From positions 1-36,777 of the forward strand of contig BTVY01000057.1 of assembly GCA_045863335.1 (NCBI GenBank): a stretch of DNA of 36,777 nt. Reading direction: 5' to 3'. The translations under genes and the position numbers were made by a program. Origin of the DNA: Candidatus Hydrogenedentota bacterium. Its GTDB lineage: Bacteria; Hydrogenedentota; Hydrogenedentia; Hydrogenedentales; SLHB01. The notes beneath the pieces were generated by a model. The model saw nothing but the letters and a program-made list of their open reading frames with translations. It was not told the origin of the DNA and did not search any database. This document shows positions 15,288 to 26,800 of the stretch, piece after piece (positions within the stretch are counted from its first letter, which is position 1; each line of letters opens with the position of its first letter).

Positions 15288-15848
15288 CTAATCGCCAAAG
15301 GTCCGTCGCAGTTCATCGATCAGGTCTTCGTAGGTCACGTTGACCATGGACTCCAGGGGCTGCGCCCCTTCCGTGTCGTTCAAGGCCGAGGCGGCCTCAG
15401 GATAGTCCCGCTGGATGCGCTCCAACTTGGCCTGTTGATTCTTGTACCTGCGCAAAAGCCGCATTGCTTCGGATATGAGTGCCTTCTGCTGCAACGCGCT
15501 CCGGATGGAGATGATGAGGTCGAGTTCATGGCACGGCTTGGTATAGAACCGGCTGATGGCGCCGTCGTTGATGGCCTGGATTGCGACTTCCAGCGAGGGC
15601 TTACCCGTGAGCATGTAGCGAATGGTGCTCGGAAACTCACGGGCGACGATGTAGAGGAAGTCAGTGCCCAGCATGCCGGGCATTTGGTGGTCGGATATCA
15701 CGACGTCGACATCGGTCGATGCGAGCACCCGCAACCCTTCCTCGGCCGAGTTTGCGGTCAGCACTTCATAGGGTTCGCGGCGAAATACTCTCTTGAGCCC
15801 GTCCAATACACGCGGCTCATCGTCCACGATGAGGATGCGATGGGTCAT
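15288..15848 (-). CDS. Response regulator (REC domain plus coiled-coil tail)
   Basis: ILIVDDE, ISDHQMPGMLG, MLTG, TKP; GGAAGGAG RBS before ATG 15848. Confidence 0.9.
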   Translation of the reverse strand: MTHRILIVDDEPRVLDGLKRVFRREPYEVLTANSAEEGLRVLASTDVDVVISDHQMPGMLGTDFLYIVAREFPSTIRYMLTGKPSLEVAIQAINDGAISRFYTKPCHELDLIISIRSALQQKALISEAMRLLRRYKNQQAKLERIQRDYPEAASALNDTEGAQPLESMVNVTYEDLIDELRRTFGD

Positions 15849-15899
15849 TGCCGTCTCCTTCCACGATTCCTCGGCAGACACGTTCACATTATCCGTAGC

Positions 15900-16838
15900 T
15901 TACAGCAACCGGCCTTCTACGCGGTTGCGGCCCCCCGCCTTCGCGGAATAGAGGGCGTCATCGGCTTGGGCGAGCAGCGCAGGCGCCTCGACCGTGCTAC
16001 CGCGCGCCGCAGAACTGGCCCCCACGCTGATCGTAAGGTCAATGGTCACTTCGCGGGAAATGGATACCGGTTCGTCGGCCATCCTACTTCGTATCCGTTC
16101 CGCCAATACAGCCACTTCGTTGCCGTCTGTGTGGGGACAAATCACGACAAACTCGTCGCCGCCCCATCGAACGACACTGTCGTACTGGCGGCATGCATCG
16201 CGCAGTCGCGCCGCTACTGTCTTAATAAGTGTGTCGCCGGCTTCGTGCCCGTAGGTATCGTTTACCCCTTTGAAGCGATCCAAGTCAATCAGGATGACCG
16301 AGAGATCCTGCTTGCCGCGTTTCAGGAGCAGGAGGTTTTCGTCGAGTATTTCGCGCCCGCGGCGGCGATTCAGCAACCCGGTCATCCCGTCCGTGGTCGC
16401 AAGAACCACGAGTTTTTCGTTGGATTCGCGCAAGCGCTGGTGCAACTCGACAATGCGAATACCGGCACGGACGCGGGCGATTAACTCGCGCTGATCGTAC
16501 GGTTTCGAGAGAAAATCGTCCGCCCCGGCTTCCAGCGCCTCGACGATGCTGGTGATTTCCTGCTTTCCGGTCAGCAGCAGGATGTACGTGTATCCGGATT
16601 GACCTTGGGCTTCCTGTTCGCGAACCCGCTGACAGAGGTCGAGTCCGCTGATGCCAGGCATCATCCAATCCGTGACGAGCACGTAGTCGTGCCCGTCTTG
16701 CAGACGCTTCAGGGCGGCCTCCCCGCTATTGGCAAAGGCGAGATTCCATTGCGATTGGTATTCGCGAAGGCTGCGTTCAACCGTTCGCAACGCGCGTTCA
16801 TCGTCGTCCACATAAAGTACGCGAATCTTATCGGCCAT
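15900..16838 (-). CDS. REC-GGDEF diguanylate cyclase (WspR/PleD-like)
   Basis: REC (VDDD, TDWMMPG, SKP); DLDRFKGVNDTYGHEAGD, RQYD I-site, RWGGDEF. Confidence 0.93.
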   Translation of the reverse strand: MADKIRVLYVDDDERALRTVERSLREYQSQWNLAFANSGEAALKRLQDGHDYVLVTDWMMPGISGLDLCQRVREQEAQGQSGYTYILLLTGKQEITSIVEALEAGADDFLSKPYDQRELIARVRAGIRIVELHQRLRESNEKLVVLATTDGMTGLLNRRRGREILDENLLLLKRGKQDLSVILIDLDRFKGVNDTYGHEAGDTLIKTVAARLRDACRQYDSVVRWGGDEFVVICPHTDGNEVAVLAERIRSRMADEPVSISREVTIDLTISVGASSAARGSTVEAPALLAQADDALYSAKAGGRNRVEGRLL

Positions 16839-16853
16839 GGGTTTCCATTCCAG

Positions 16854-17993
16854 CTACGCGTCCCGGACCCGGAATGGCTCGCGGACGCCAACGCCGGATG
16901 CGAAATTCCGGATCCGGAGCAACAGGGGATAGGTGACGCGGCGCCCCTTGGCGACCAGCAGGAGCCCGTTGGTCGTCTTGATATCCTCGTCTGCTTCGAT
17001 ATCGACGGTCAGCTCGCGCACCGTAATCAACCGGACCGACTGCGGTCTATCCGAACGAATCTTGTAGTGCTCGAGCCGGGATAGGAATTCCGGATTGTAC
17101 GAGCGTGGTTGCCGGCGCATGGCGGCGAGCGCCGCGCTGGGTTTGGCGCCCGCGGAAACATGACTGTCGAAATCCAGGGCCAGCCTGAGGAGCTGTGCGC
17201 CTTGGGCGATCGCGAGTTTCTCGGGATCGTGTTCCTCCGCGCCGAAGCCCGCATACGGCGTATCCTGATTCCGGATCATCTCGGCGATGGGCTCCATGCG
17301 AGGGATGTTGATCAGGAGTTCCGCGCCGATGCGCGGGTGTGCGTCCAACATCTCCTTTTCGTGTGGCGCCAAGGGCTGACCCGAACAGTACAACTCGAGG
17401 ATGCTTGGCGGCACGGTGACGAATCCAATTTGAGAGAGTAGTGCGGCCAGCTCAAATTGCCAGAGGTTTGGCAAGTTCAATTCGTGGCCGATATGGCGGA
17501 CCACGTGCCGGGCGCGATTCGCTCGACCGAACGCCGCGGGATTGAGCAGTTCCAGCAGGTCGATGAGAACGCGCACGCTGCCTTTGAGCGTCTTTTCAAG
17601 CAATTCCTTTTCGGCGCGAACCAGCCGCCACTGCTCGATGCCCGCGAAGATGGCCCGCTTCAACACCTCTGGGGGACAGGGCTTCGTCAGAAACCGGAAG
17701 ATGCTACCTTCATTGACCGCGTCGATTGCCGTTGTCGTATCGGCGTGGCCGGTTAGCATCATGCGAACCGAGAGCGGCGATCGCTCCTTGACCGCGCGAA
17801 GGAACTGAACTCCGTCCATTTCCGGCATGCGCATGTCGGCCACGACCACGGCAAAGCTCGTATTACCCCGGAGGAGTTCGAGCCCTTTCGGGGCGCCCTG
17901 TGCCGTGTGGACGTCAAAGGCCGTGCGCATCTGGCGCTCGTACCCCGCCAGTACCGCAGGCTCGTCGTCGACGAAGAGCACGGGTTCCTTCAT
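16854..17993 (-). CDS. REC plus degenerate HD-GYP-like domain protein
   Basis: REC intact; the HD-like region has LLSQIG instead of LLHDIG and lacks HHE..DG.GYP. Confidence 0.85.
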   Translation of the reverse strand: MKEPVLFVDDEPAVLAGYERQMRTAFDVHTAQGAPKGLELLRGNTSFAVVVADMRMPEMDGVQFLRAVKERSPLSVRMMLTGHADTTTAIDAVNEGSIFRFLTKPCPPEVLKRAIFAGIEQWRLVRAEKELLEKTLKGSVRVLIDLLELLNPAAFGRANRARHVVRHIGHELNLPNLWQFELAALLSQIGFVTVPPSILELYCSGQPLAPHEKEMLDAHPRIGAELLINIPRMEPIAEMIRNQDTPYAGFGAEEHDPEKLAIAQGAQLLRLALDFDSHVSAGAKPSAALAAMRRQPRSYNPEFLSRLEHYKIRSDRPQSVRLITVRELTVDIEADEDIKTTNGLLLVAKGRRVTYPLLLRIRNFASGVGVREPFRVRDA

Positions 17994-19204
17994 GTGTTTG
18001 CCTCGGGGCTGAGTGAGGAATCGCGTGGCTCGAACAAATCCGGACGGGTCATTCGCAACTTCGTTTCCTCCAGATAGGTCTCGTCAATCAAGCCGCTCCC
18101 GCGGCTTCCCGCGCCAGATTCCGATTGATGCACGAGGGAATTGGTCCAATGGACAATCGCGAGGGGGGTGATGCCGCGGGCAACACAGTGTGCGGGGTTG
18201 TGGTGATAGGCCACGGCTTCGACCACGGGATCGGGGAATCCCCAAAGGCCGAGGAGGTACCCGCCGACCTCCGCGTGTGTGGCTCCCAAGACTTCGCGCT
18301 CGATCTCATGAATCTGCGAGGTGTCGCCCCCGGTTCGCGCGAGGAGACTCGCGTACTCGTCGGATCGGCCGGCGGCGAGCACGAGTTTGCCGGTATCGTG
18401 AAGGATGCCGGCGGTGAACGCGTCGTTCGCAAGACGCTCGTTGGTGCCGTTCTGCAACGCGACACGCTTGGCCGAAGCGCCGACGGCGACGCTGTGGTCC
18501 ATGAAGGTTTCCAGGGAGAATCCCGCGGCAAGCCGCCTCTTGGCAAACTCCGAAAAGACTCCCATGGTCAGCACCATCGAACGGATGACATCGAGTCCCA
18601 GTAGACTGACCGCGTAGGTGACGCTCGTGACTTGATTGCGCACCCCAAAGTAGGCCGAGTTCACCCACTGCAACGTTTTCGCGGCCATGCCGACGTCCCG
18701 TTCGATGATTCGGGCGATCATCTTCACGCTAATGTCTGGCGCGTGAAGCTCCTCGATCAGTTCCGTGTGTGAACGAGGCAGGACCGGGAGGGCGGTGAAA
18801 CTGGATACGAGCCGGATCAACGCGTCATCCTGCAGAAGATTGCGCAGGGAAAACGCGCGCTCCACGGTCTCCTTCAACACGTCCGGATTGCACGGCTTGC
18901 TCAAGAATTGGTGGATGGGCCCCGTCAAGCGAAGCATCGTCTCATCGCCAGAATGGCCGGACAAGGCGATGCGTACCACGCGGGGGTAGCGCTGCATCAC
19001 TTCGGACAGCAATCGTGCTCCATCCATTCCCGGCATGCGCATGTCGGATACGATGACATCGATTGGCTCCTTCTCCATGAAATCCAGCGCCGCCTGTCCG
19101 CCGTTCACAAACTTCATGGTCCAGGAGTGCCGCATCGGTCGTAGCATGCGCTCCAGACCGACGAGGATGTTGGGTTCGTCGTCAACAAACAAGATAGACT
19201 TCAT
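17990..19204 (-). CDS. REC-HDOD domain protein
   Basis: REC; LPVLP, WVNSAYFG, AVSLLG, GILHDTGK, THAEVGGYLLGLWGFP, YHH. Confidence 0.9.
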   Translation of the reverse strand: MKSILFVDDEPNILVGLERMLRPMRHSWTMKFVNGGQAALDFMEKEPIDVIVSDMRMPGMDGARLLSEVMQRYPRVVRIALSGHSGDETMLRLTGPIHQFLSKPCNPDVLKETVERAFSLRNLLQDDALIRLVSSFTALPVLPRSHTELIEELHAPDISVKMIARIIERDVGMAAKTLQWVNSAYFGVRNQVTSVTYAVSLLGLDVIRSMVLTMGVFSEFAKRRLAAGFSLETFMDHSVAVGASAKRVALQNGTNERLANDAFTAGILHDTGKLVLAAGRSDEYASLLARTGGDTSQIHEIEREVLGATHAEVGGYLLGLWGFPDPVVEAVAYHHNPAHCVARGITPLAIVHWTNSLVHQSESGAGSRGSGLIDETYLEETKLRMTRPDLFEPRDSSLSPEANT

Positions 19205-19262
19205 ATCCACCTACTCGTAAACCTGCGCGTCTTGTTGCTGGCATGGCTCGGAACCGGGCCTG

Positions 19263-21275
19263 CTATCCGTCGATGGGAAGCCGGATCACAAATGTCGATC
19301 CCTTTCCCATCTCCGTCTCAACCGTGATTGTGCCTCCATGCTTTTCAACAATGACATTGTGGGCAATGGCGAGCCCTTGACCGGTGCCGCGACCCACGTC
19401 TTTGGTCGTGAAGAAGGGATCGAAAATCCGGCCGCGAATCGCCTCCGGGATTCCCGATCCAGTGTCGGATATGCGAACCTCGAACCAGTCGTCGTCGGAA
19501 CTCGTCGTCACCGTAATTATCCCTTTGCCGTGGGAACCGTCGCCGACGACGTCGGCGATTGCGTGGGCCGCGTTAATGAGTACGTTTAGGACCACCTGAT
19601 TGAACTCGCCCGGCAAACAGAGCACCGCCGGGATGTTGGAATCGATGTTGGTTTCCATTTCGGCGACGTATTTCCACTCATTTCTCGCCACGGTAATCGT
19701 ACTCTCGATGGCGCGATTCAGGTCGACCCGGGTCTTCTCCGCCGTACCCGGATGCGAGAACTCCTTCATGGCGAGCACGATACTGGCGACCCGCTCCACA
19801 CCGTCCAGCGAATCCTGGACGGCCTTAGGGATCTGCTCGATCAAATAGGGAAGATCGATCGTTTCGGAAACGCTTTGCACCTTGTCAAGTTGTCCGCCGT
19901 CAATGGCGGCATCTTTCGCGATTCGCGCCAGTTCCTGAAACTCTTCCAGGAGTTGATTGAGATCGCGAAACGAATCCTGGAGGAACCGGATGTTGTCACC
20001 GACGTACTGAATCGGCGTGTTGATCTCATGGGCTATCCCTGATGCGAGATTGCCGATGGACTCCAGTTTCTGGGCGTTGAGGAGCTGCAACTCGAGGTTG
20101 CGGCGCGCCGTAATATCGTTTCCGATGATGGACACTCCTTTGGCGCTTCCCGCTGCCGTACGCACCGGATTGATCGTGACATCCAGGATGCCGTCCGTAC
20201 CGTCGGGTTTCGTGTACCGCACATCCGCGGGTTTGACTGGTCTGCCGGAGTTGATGCACTCGGGAAGGGCCGGCTCCATAGCGATCCAGTCCCATCGGAT
20301 ACCGCAGTTTCGAATGTCTTTGCCGGTAGCCGACTCCGACGGGATGCCGAAGGTAACTTGCGCGGCCGTATTCCACCGTGTGACGCGCAGATTCGCATCG
20401 AGTCCGATGAGGAAATACGACATCGACGAGAGTAGGGCTTCTGTTTCCTCGTGCGCCTCCCGCAATTGGATCTCGGCATTGCGGGCTTCCGTGACGTCGC
20501 GGGCAACGTGTACGGCCCCAATGGCGTCTCCATCCGATGTCACCAGAGGCGACGTGCTCACGAGGAAGGCGCCCCCAAAGGCCTCGCCATAAACGCGGCC
20601 AAGATCCTCGGCCGTTGCCTGCTCGAGTGGCACGCCGCGCAGTGCGGCGTCGCAACGTAGTACTTCACAGAGGTGCCGTCCGACTGCCGCGCCCGGTTCG
20701 ATTCCCGCGCGGTCGGCGAGGGACTTGTTCACTCGGACCAACCGTCCGTGGGTGTTGACGATAGAAATAAGATCGGGAACCGCATCGAAGGTCGTCGCCC
20801 AATGGAGGGCTGACTCGGCCATGGCAGAGGCATAGTGATTAAGCTGTTTGTGCCGGTACGCCCTATCGACGGTACTTTCGAGCCGCTGCAGTCCGTGTGG
20901 CTTCTCGACAAAATCGAAGGCACCGAGTTTCAAGGCTTCAACCGCATCGGTCACGGTAGCATCGCCAGTGATGACAATCGGCACCGTTGAAACGCCGAGA
21001 TCCGTCATTGCGTGGAGCAATTCGATGCCGCTCATTTCGGGCATTCGCAAGTCAGTCACGAGCACTTCGTAAGACTTTTCGCGGAGAAGGTCCAGGGCTT
21101 TCCGCGCGCGATCCACTGCGTCGCACTGACAGCCGTGACGTTCGAGCCGCCGAACCATGACCTTCAAAAGCGTGGGGTCGTCATCGACAACGAGAACCGA
21201 GTACGGGGTCGTTGGCTCGTCGATTCCTGGAGCAGCGCTGTTCGCAGGATCAGACGACTTCGTCGTGCTCGGCAT
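19263..21275 (-). CDS. Hybrid sensor histidine kinase (REC-PAS-PAS-HisKA-HATPase, NtrB-like)
   Basis: GIAHEINTP (H box), NVLINAAHA (N box), DTGSGI, FDPFFTTK, GTGQGL. Confidence 0.93.
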   Translation of the reverse strand: MPSTTKSSDPANSAAPGIDEPTTPYSVLVVDDDPTLLKVMVRRLERHGCQCDAVDRARKALDLLREKSYEVLVTDLRMPEMSGIELLHAMTDLGVSTVPIVITGDATVTDAVEALKLGAFDFVEKPHGLQRLESTVDRAYRHKQLNHYASAMAESALHWATTFDAVPDLISIVNTHGRLVRVNKSLADRAGIEPGAAVGRHLCEVLRCDAALRGVPLEQATAEDLGRVYGEAFGGAFLVSTSPLVTSDGDAIGAVHVARDVTEARNAEIQLREAHEETEALLSSMSYFLIGLDANLRVTRWNTAAQVTFGIPSESATGKDIRNCGIRWDWIAMEPALPECINSGRPVKPADVRYTKPDGTDGILDVTINPVRTAAGSAKGVSIIGNDITARRNLELQLLNAQKLESIGNLASGIAHEINTPIQYVGDNIRFLQDSFRDLNQLLEEFQELARIAKDAAIDGGQLDKVQSVSETIDLPYLIEQIPKAVQDSLDGVERVASIVLAMKEFSHPGTAEKTRVDLNRAIESTITVARNEWKYVAEMETNIDSNIPAVLCLPGEFNQVVLNVLINAAHAIADVVGDGSHGKGIITVTTSSDDDWFEVRISDTGSGIPEAIRGRIFDPFFTTKDVGRGTGQGLAIAHNVIVEKHGGTITVETEMGKGSTFVIRLPIDG

Positions 21276-21565
21276 GTTGCCTCCTTGTTGCGCCACCGGT
21301 TGGTGAATGCCAAATGACGAACCAGAGCGGGTCCAATCCGGACACGTCGTGCATCCGCGGACCGCGATGGATTTCTCCTGTTAGCGGGGCATTTGAACCG
21401 GCAGCCTTGCATTGCCGGTTCGCCCGTGCCGTTGTCTTGATTATACTCTCAGCACAATTCTCTGCAAGTCTACTACGGAACGGCGCTCCGTTCGTAGACG
21501 GTCAGCGCAACTGCAAAACGCGTGTTGGCCGGCCAATCAACCCGGGATCGCCGCTGTCCATCGAT

Positions 21566-22711
21566 TCACTTCTCCGCCGCTCGCAAGGATGACGGCATCG
21601 CGGGAACTGAAATGCGTTCGCCCGTGTCCGTGACCTTCTCGCCATCGACGCGATACATCCAGAGTTCGCGAATCGGGTGGCACTGCACGATGAGATACTC
21701 GCCGTCCGGTGAGAAGGCGACCCCTTCCGGGATGGGTCCTGTCGGCAGCGTTTGGACCACCTCGAAGGTGTTTCCGCGGCGAGCGAGGATCGTAAGTTTG
21801 CCGTTTTCTTCGTGTCGCGGGTCGCCGGCGGCAAAACTGGATCCTTCCATGAGCACGGCGGCGACGAGTTTGCCGTTGGGGCTGATCTCAATCGATTCGG
21901 GACCGGAGCCGATGGGGATGTAGTCCACCGTGCGGGGCGGGTTGGCCTTCAGGTCGATCACGGTAAGTGCGTCAGTATCCGGTGTGCCTTGGCCGGACCC
22001 GGCTGTGAGGGCGAGGGCTCCGTCGGGGCTGATTACGCATCGATAGGGTTTGCCATAAACAGAGAATTTGCGTTCGGACACTCCGAGCGTGCCATCTTCA
22101 ACCGTCAGCAGCGCGAGATAGCCTAACGCGTTGACGCTCGCGACGGCCATGGTTCCATCGGGGGCGATGGATACATCGGAGATCTCGTCTTCAGGTTCGC
22201 ATACTTTCACGGTCTGTTCGATGGTGACGCTTTTCCCATCGATGGAAAGGCGGGATACCGTTCCAGCCGCCCGATTCGCCACCAAGGCGAAGCTGCCGTC
22301 GCGGGCGATGGACATGCCCGAGGGTTGAGCGTCCGTCTTGATCTCGTCGATCACGGCCGGCGGATTAGCGGTCAAATCCAGTACGTGGATGATATTGTCC
22401 GGGATCCACGCGCCGGGTTTGTCCGGATCGGGAAGCGTTGAGCTTGCGATGAGCGCGAGTTTCTCGTCCGGCGTGACGGCGATATTCGATGGCGGTCCGA
22501 TGACGCTGTTTCGAATATTGTCGAGATGAGTGACCGTGGGTGGAAAGGTCGAAAAATTGAGAATGGACAGCGAATCCGGCGGGGCATCGGGAAGGACCAC
22601 GGCCGTGCCGCTGGTGAGGTCGATCTTGCTCTCATTGCCCGAGATGACGATTTGTCCGCTGGCGGAGACGGCGAGTAGGCAGGTTATCAGAATAGCTCCC
22701 GCGACTTTCAT
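21566..22711 (-). CDS. Secreted YVTN/YncE-type beta-propeller protein
   Basis: Signal peptide; repeated I/F-SPDG blades. Confidence 0.85.
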   Translation of the reverse strand: MKVAGAILITCLLAVSASGQIVISGNESKIDLTSGTAVVLPDAPPDSLSILNFSTFPPTVTHLDNIRNSVIGPPSNIAVTPDEKLALIASSTLPDPDKPGAWIPDNIIHVLDLTANPPAVIDEIKTDAQPSGMSIARDGSFALVANRAAGTVSRLSIDGKSVTIEQTVKVCEPEDEISDVSIAPDGTMAVASVNALGYLALLTVEDGTLGVSERKFSVYGKPYRCVISPDGALALTAGSGQGTPDTDALTVIDLKANPPRTVDYIPIGSGPESIEISPNGKLVAAVLMEGSSFAAGDPRHEENGKLTILARRGNTFEVVQTLPTGPIPEGVAFSPDGEYLIVQCHPIRELWMYRVDGEKVTDTGERISVPAMPSSLRAAEK

Positions 22712-22800
22712 GGATGCTCCTTCTTAGGTTTTCCTGTAGCCAACCCCGTGCATATTCTTAAATCATAGCGATTGGAGATGCAGTCAACAAGCTGTCGGAC

Positions 22801-22832
22801 GAAGAACACAGGTGCCCTCACCTGTGTTCTTC
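22801..22832. terminator. Perfect 14-bp hairpin at the 3' end of the YwiC-like gene
   Basis: GAAGAACACAGGTG-CCCT-CACCTGTGTTCTTC. Confidence 0.6.
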
Positions 22833-23700
22833 AATGAATCACCGCGATTGCCATCAACACCACGAACAGGCTGCTCGTCGCGAGTTGTCTCAGCCCCAAC
22901 TGAGTCGGTTTGATCCCGGCCGGTGGCTGAATTCCCGACTGTGAAATATCCGCGATGGGGACCAGGAACGCGGCAACCGCGATCCACGACACAAAACCCA
23001 TCGACGCGCAGATACCCGCCGCAATCAAACAGACTGCGGCAAAGGGGAGCGTCAAAGCCAGGACGCGACGGGCATCTCGCAGATCCTGTAAGCGTTTCGT
23101 GCGCCGCAGCTCCAGTATCTTCGACACGTGAATGACCGTCGTTACGGAGTGGAGCGTGACCAATCCCCACAGAATCCATGGCTCGAAGCTGCTCGCTCCG
23201 CCGCAGACCCAATACGCCGCAGGCAGAGCCAAGGCAAGTACGGCGGCGGTGGCGTACTCCATCCCGCGCTGGTGCCGTTCGCTCTTCCGGCTGACGAGGA
23301 AGAAATACCTGAGAAGCAAGGGCGCGGCGAGCAAGCCGAGTAGAAGGACCCGCGCGTGGCCCAGGGCGACGAGACCCGCAGCGCCGACGGCACAAATCCC
23401 GCCGTAAATTGCGGACCAAAAGATTGCCGGTGCGCGATCGCTTGCCGGGCGAAGGCCGGACAGCACCTTGACCAGCAACGTGAGGGGCTGGCGTACCAGG
23501 AATGCGGCCAAGGCCGTGACAATCAGCACAATGAAGTCGGCGTGAAGGGTTCCGCCTGCCGCCGCTCCTACGATCAACGGTCCAATCCACCACACCCAGG
23601 CCCCGTGCTCCGGCGGGATGGCGTAATGCTTTCGCACGTAGCGCCGGACACCGGGCTGGTGCGGTCGTTTGCTTGAGCTATCGAAATCCTGAGAGGCCAT
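22831..23700 (-). CDS. YwiC-like polytopic membrane protein
   Basis: IPPEHGAW signature and many TM helices; ATG 23700 is the likely start. Confidence 0.8.
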   Translation of the reverse strand: MASQDFDSSSKRPHQPGVRRYVRKHYAIPPEHGAWVWWIGPLIVGAAAGGTLHADFIVLIVTALAAFLVRQPLTLLVKVLSGLRPASDRAPAIFWSAIYGGICAVGAAGLVALGHARVLLLGLLAAPLLLRYFFLVSRKSERHQRGMEYATAAVLALALPAAYWVCGGASSFEPWILWGLVTLHSVTTVIHVSKILELRRTKRLQDLRDARRVLALTLPFAAVCLIAAGICASMGFVSWIAVAAFLVPIADISQSGIQPPAGIKPTQLGLRQLATSSLFVVLMAIAVIH

Positions 23701-23865
23701 GAGCGCCAATACCTTAGTTGATGGACGCAGGGTATGACAATACCTATTGGCGTGCGAGGGCACAGCACCGGCTGTGCTCAGCATCGACGGCGTTGTGCCT
23801 TGTGCCGCTCACCTGCTAGGCTGGGTTCAGACATTTTTCGCGTTCAACGTTTGGGGGAACTTCGG

Positions 23866-26800
23866 ATGCGTCAACTTCTATCAGTGCTCCTAGTCTTCAG
23901 CGCGCTGACACTGCCGATTGGCATCGCCGCGCAGGAATCGGCCCTGTCGTACGAGGAACTCTACCGCGGCTTTGAATCGCCGGATCATGCCCGTTGGGGT
24001 GAGGTGCCCTTGTGGTGGTGGGAAGGCGAGCGGATGACGAAGGAGCGCGTTACAGCCCAGTTGGAAACACTGGCGGCCGAAGGGGTGAAGGCGGTGTGCC
24101 CCATCCAACGCTCGCCGGGGCGGTGCGATCCCCAGTCGTTCAGCCCGGAATGGTGGGATCTCTTCGCCTATACGAACGCCGAATGCAAACGGCTTGGCAT
24201 GTCATTGTGGGCCTATGACCAGGTGGGCTACGGCCATTACGGTTGGCTCGAAAAGGCCGCGGCGCAGGTCAACGATCCGCGAACGAAACGCGTGCTGGCC
24301 GTGACCGCGGACGGTACGAGCGAAGCCCCAATTCGCCTCAGCCTACCGGAGGGCGAGGTACTGAGCGCGCGGGCTTATCCCCTGCGGGATGGTGTCGCCT
24401 TCGACGAGGAAAGTGTCGACGTGATGGCAAGCGTATCGGGCGGCGTCCTGGAATGGTCGCCGCCGGATGGCACATGGCGCGTTGCGGTGCTGGTCACGGA
24501 ACCATTCCAGACCTTCTATTTGAGCGACTCGTCGGGCGACGCGTTTATCGACATGTTCTACGGAAAGCTCGAACGCACGTTGGGCGAGGATTCCATGGGC
24601 ACCAGCTTTGCCGGCGTCTTTCAGGACGAACATCCGCCCACGCCGCGCGACATCTATACGGAAGAATTGTCGCGAGCTTTTCGTGAACGTTGCGGATACG
24701 ACGTCGCGCGCGCCATTCCCGCGCTGCACTTTGATGTGGGACCGCTCACGCCCAAGTACCGGACCGATTACTTCGACGTATATCTCACCATCGTCGAGCA
24801 GGACTACTGGAAGCGGGTCTACGACTGGACCTGGGAGCGGGGACTGCTGACGAGCCACGATAACTGGGGCCGAAACAACATCAACAAGCAGAGCGAAGGA
24901 TATATCGATTACTTCCGCACGCAGCGCTGGTTCTCCGCGCCGGGCTACGACGACTCCGGGCAGCATCCGGTGACGGAGCGAAATTACTACGACACGAAGA
25001 TTGCGTCCTCCATCGCACGGCTGTACGGTCGCCCGCGCGTTTGGAACGAGGCCTTCCACTCCAGCGGCTGGGGCCGGACCACGGATCAGACCGTGTCGTG
25101 GTTGTCGGCGGGCATGGCCTTCGGCGCGAACCTCTACGATGAGCATGGTCTCTATTACGCGACCCGCGCCAGCACTTGGGAACACGCGGCGCCGGATCCG
25201 CATTGGCGGCAGCCGTATTGGCGATACTACGATGTGCTGTCCGACTTCGTGGCGCGGAGCAGCTACCTCATGTCGCAGGGGCAGCACGTGGTCGACGTGG
25301 GCGTGCACTATCCTGTTGCGAGTTTGCTCGCGGGAGAGCCACCCAACACGGAAGGTCCGGACTACAACCGGTACATGGCCTTGTCGCGCACGATCTTCTA
25401 TGCGGGCATCGACAACGACATCGTCGACGACGACTCGATACTTGCAGGCGAAGTGCGCAATGGCAAGCTGGTGATGGGCGGAAATGGATACCAGGCGCTG
25501 GTGTTTGGGCCGGAGACCACCGTGCGGCATGCGGTTCTAACCAAGGCAGCGGAGTTGGTCAGGAGCGGGGGCGAGGTCCTCTTCGTAGAACGGCTGCCCT
25601 CGGCGACCACGGAATCCGGTCGCGATGATCCCGCGCTTGCCGCATTGTTGACGGAAATGCTCGGGGTCAATACAACACCAAGCGAGCCGGTCGAGAAACA
25701 GTTTGACGGCGGCGGATTCTGTGCCTTCGTGCCGTCCGATGCCCAAACATTGCCCGGCATCATCTCAGAACATATCGAGCGCGATTTCGTCGCAACCGGC
25801 GGCAACGTCTTTGAAACGCACCGCAAGGTCGGCGATGTTGACGTGTACCTCGTGCAGAGTGTGGAGCCGGAGCCGTTCGTGATGGAAGCACAGTGCCGGG
25901 TTGATGGGGTGCCCGAGCTGTGGGACCCGTTCACGGGGGAGATTGCTCCGGTTCAATCCTTTGACCGTGCAAATGGCTATACGACCATCCGTCATCGCCT
26001 CGAAGGCAACACGGCAACGTTCTTCGTGATTCGACCGGGCGACTCGAAATCCTCGCGAGACACTGGACAAGGCGAGGCCATCAACGAGATCGTGATTCCC
26101 GAGACCTGGACCTTCTCGACCATCGCGACCCGCGACAATACGTGGGGCGAGTTCCGCTGGCCGCCCTCCGACGAAGTGATCGGGCCCGAGATACGCTCTT
26201 TCCGGTATCGCGAAGAGAGAGGCGCCGATGGAGTCGAGGCCGACTGGCATTTGAGGGATTTTGACGATTCCGATTGGCAAACCACCCTCTATTCCACAGG
26301 CCCCTACTGGCTCGTTCGTCTTTGCGACGCCAGTGACGAAACACTCGTGCGGCAGATACTGGAATCGGCACCGGCCGTCGCCGCCGGTACCGACTGGCAG
26401 GAGGTAAACTTCTCGAAGTCGATTGGCCTCGCGCAAGCCGCGCCCTGGGGTGGACACTCGGGATATCCCGACGGGCATATCGACAAGAATTTTATCGATC
26501 TTCCGGAAGGGCGGAAACTACTATTCACGCGGATCCACGTGCCAAAGGCGCAACGATGCGGGCTCCGCGTCGAACTCGGCAACGCGACGCCGCGCCTCTG
26601 GGTGAATGGTGAAGAGCAGCCTTTCGAAGAAGCCGTCGGAAACCTTCCCCTGCGCGAAGGCGAGAACACCGTGTTACTGGACCTTCCCGACGGCGGGCAC
26701 GGACGCCTGTTCGTGCAAGCCGCCCCGCCAACCGTGGCGTCGATGGCCGAAGCGGCACAAGGTGGCGCGACGCCCGAAATCGAAACCGCGTCGTGGATAT

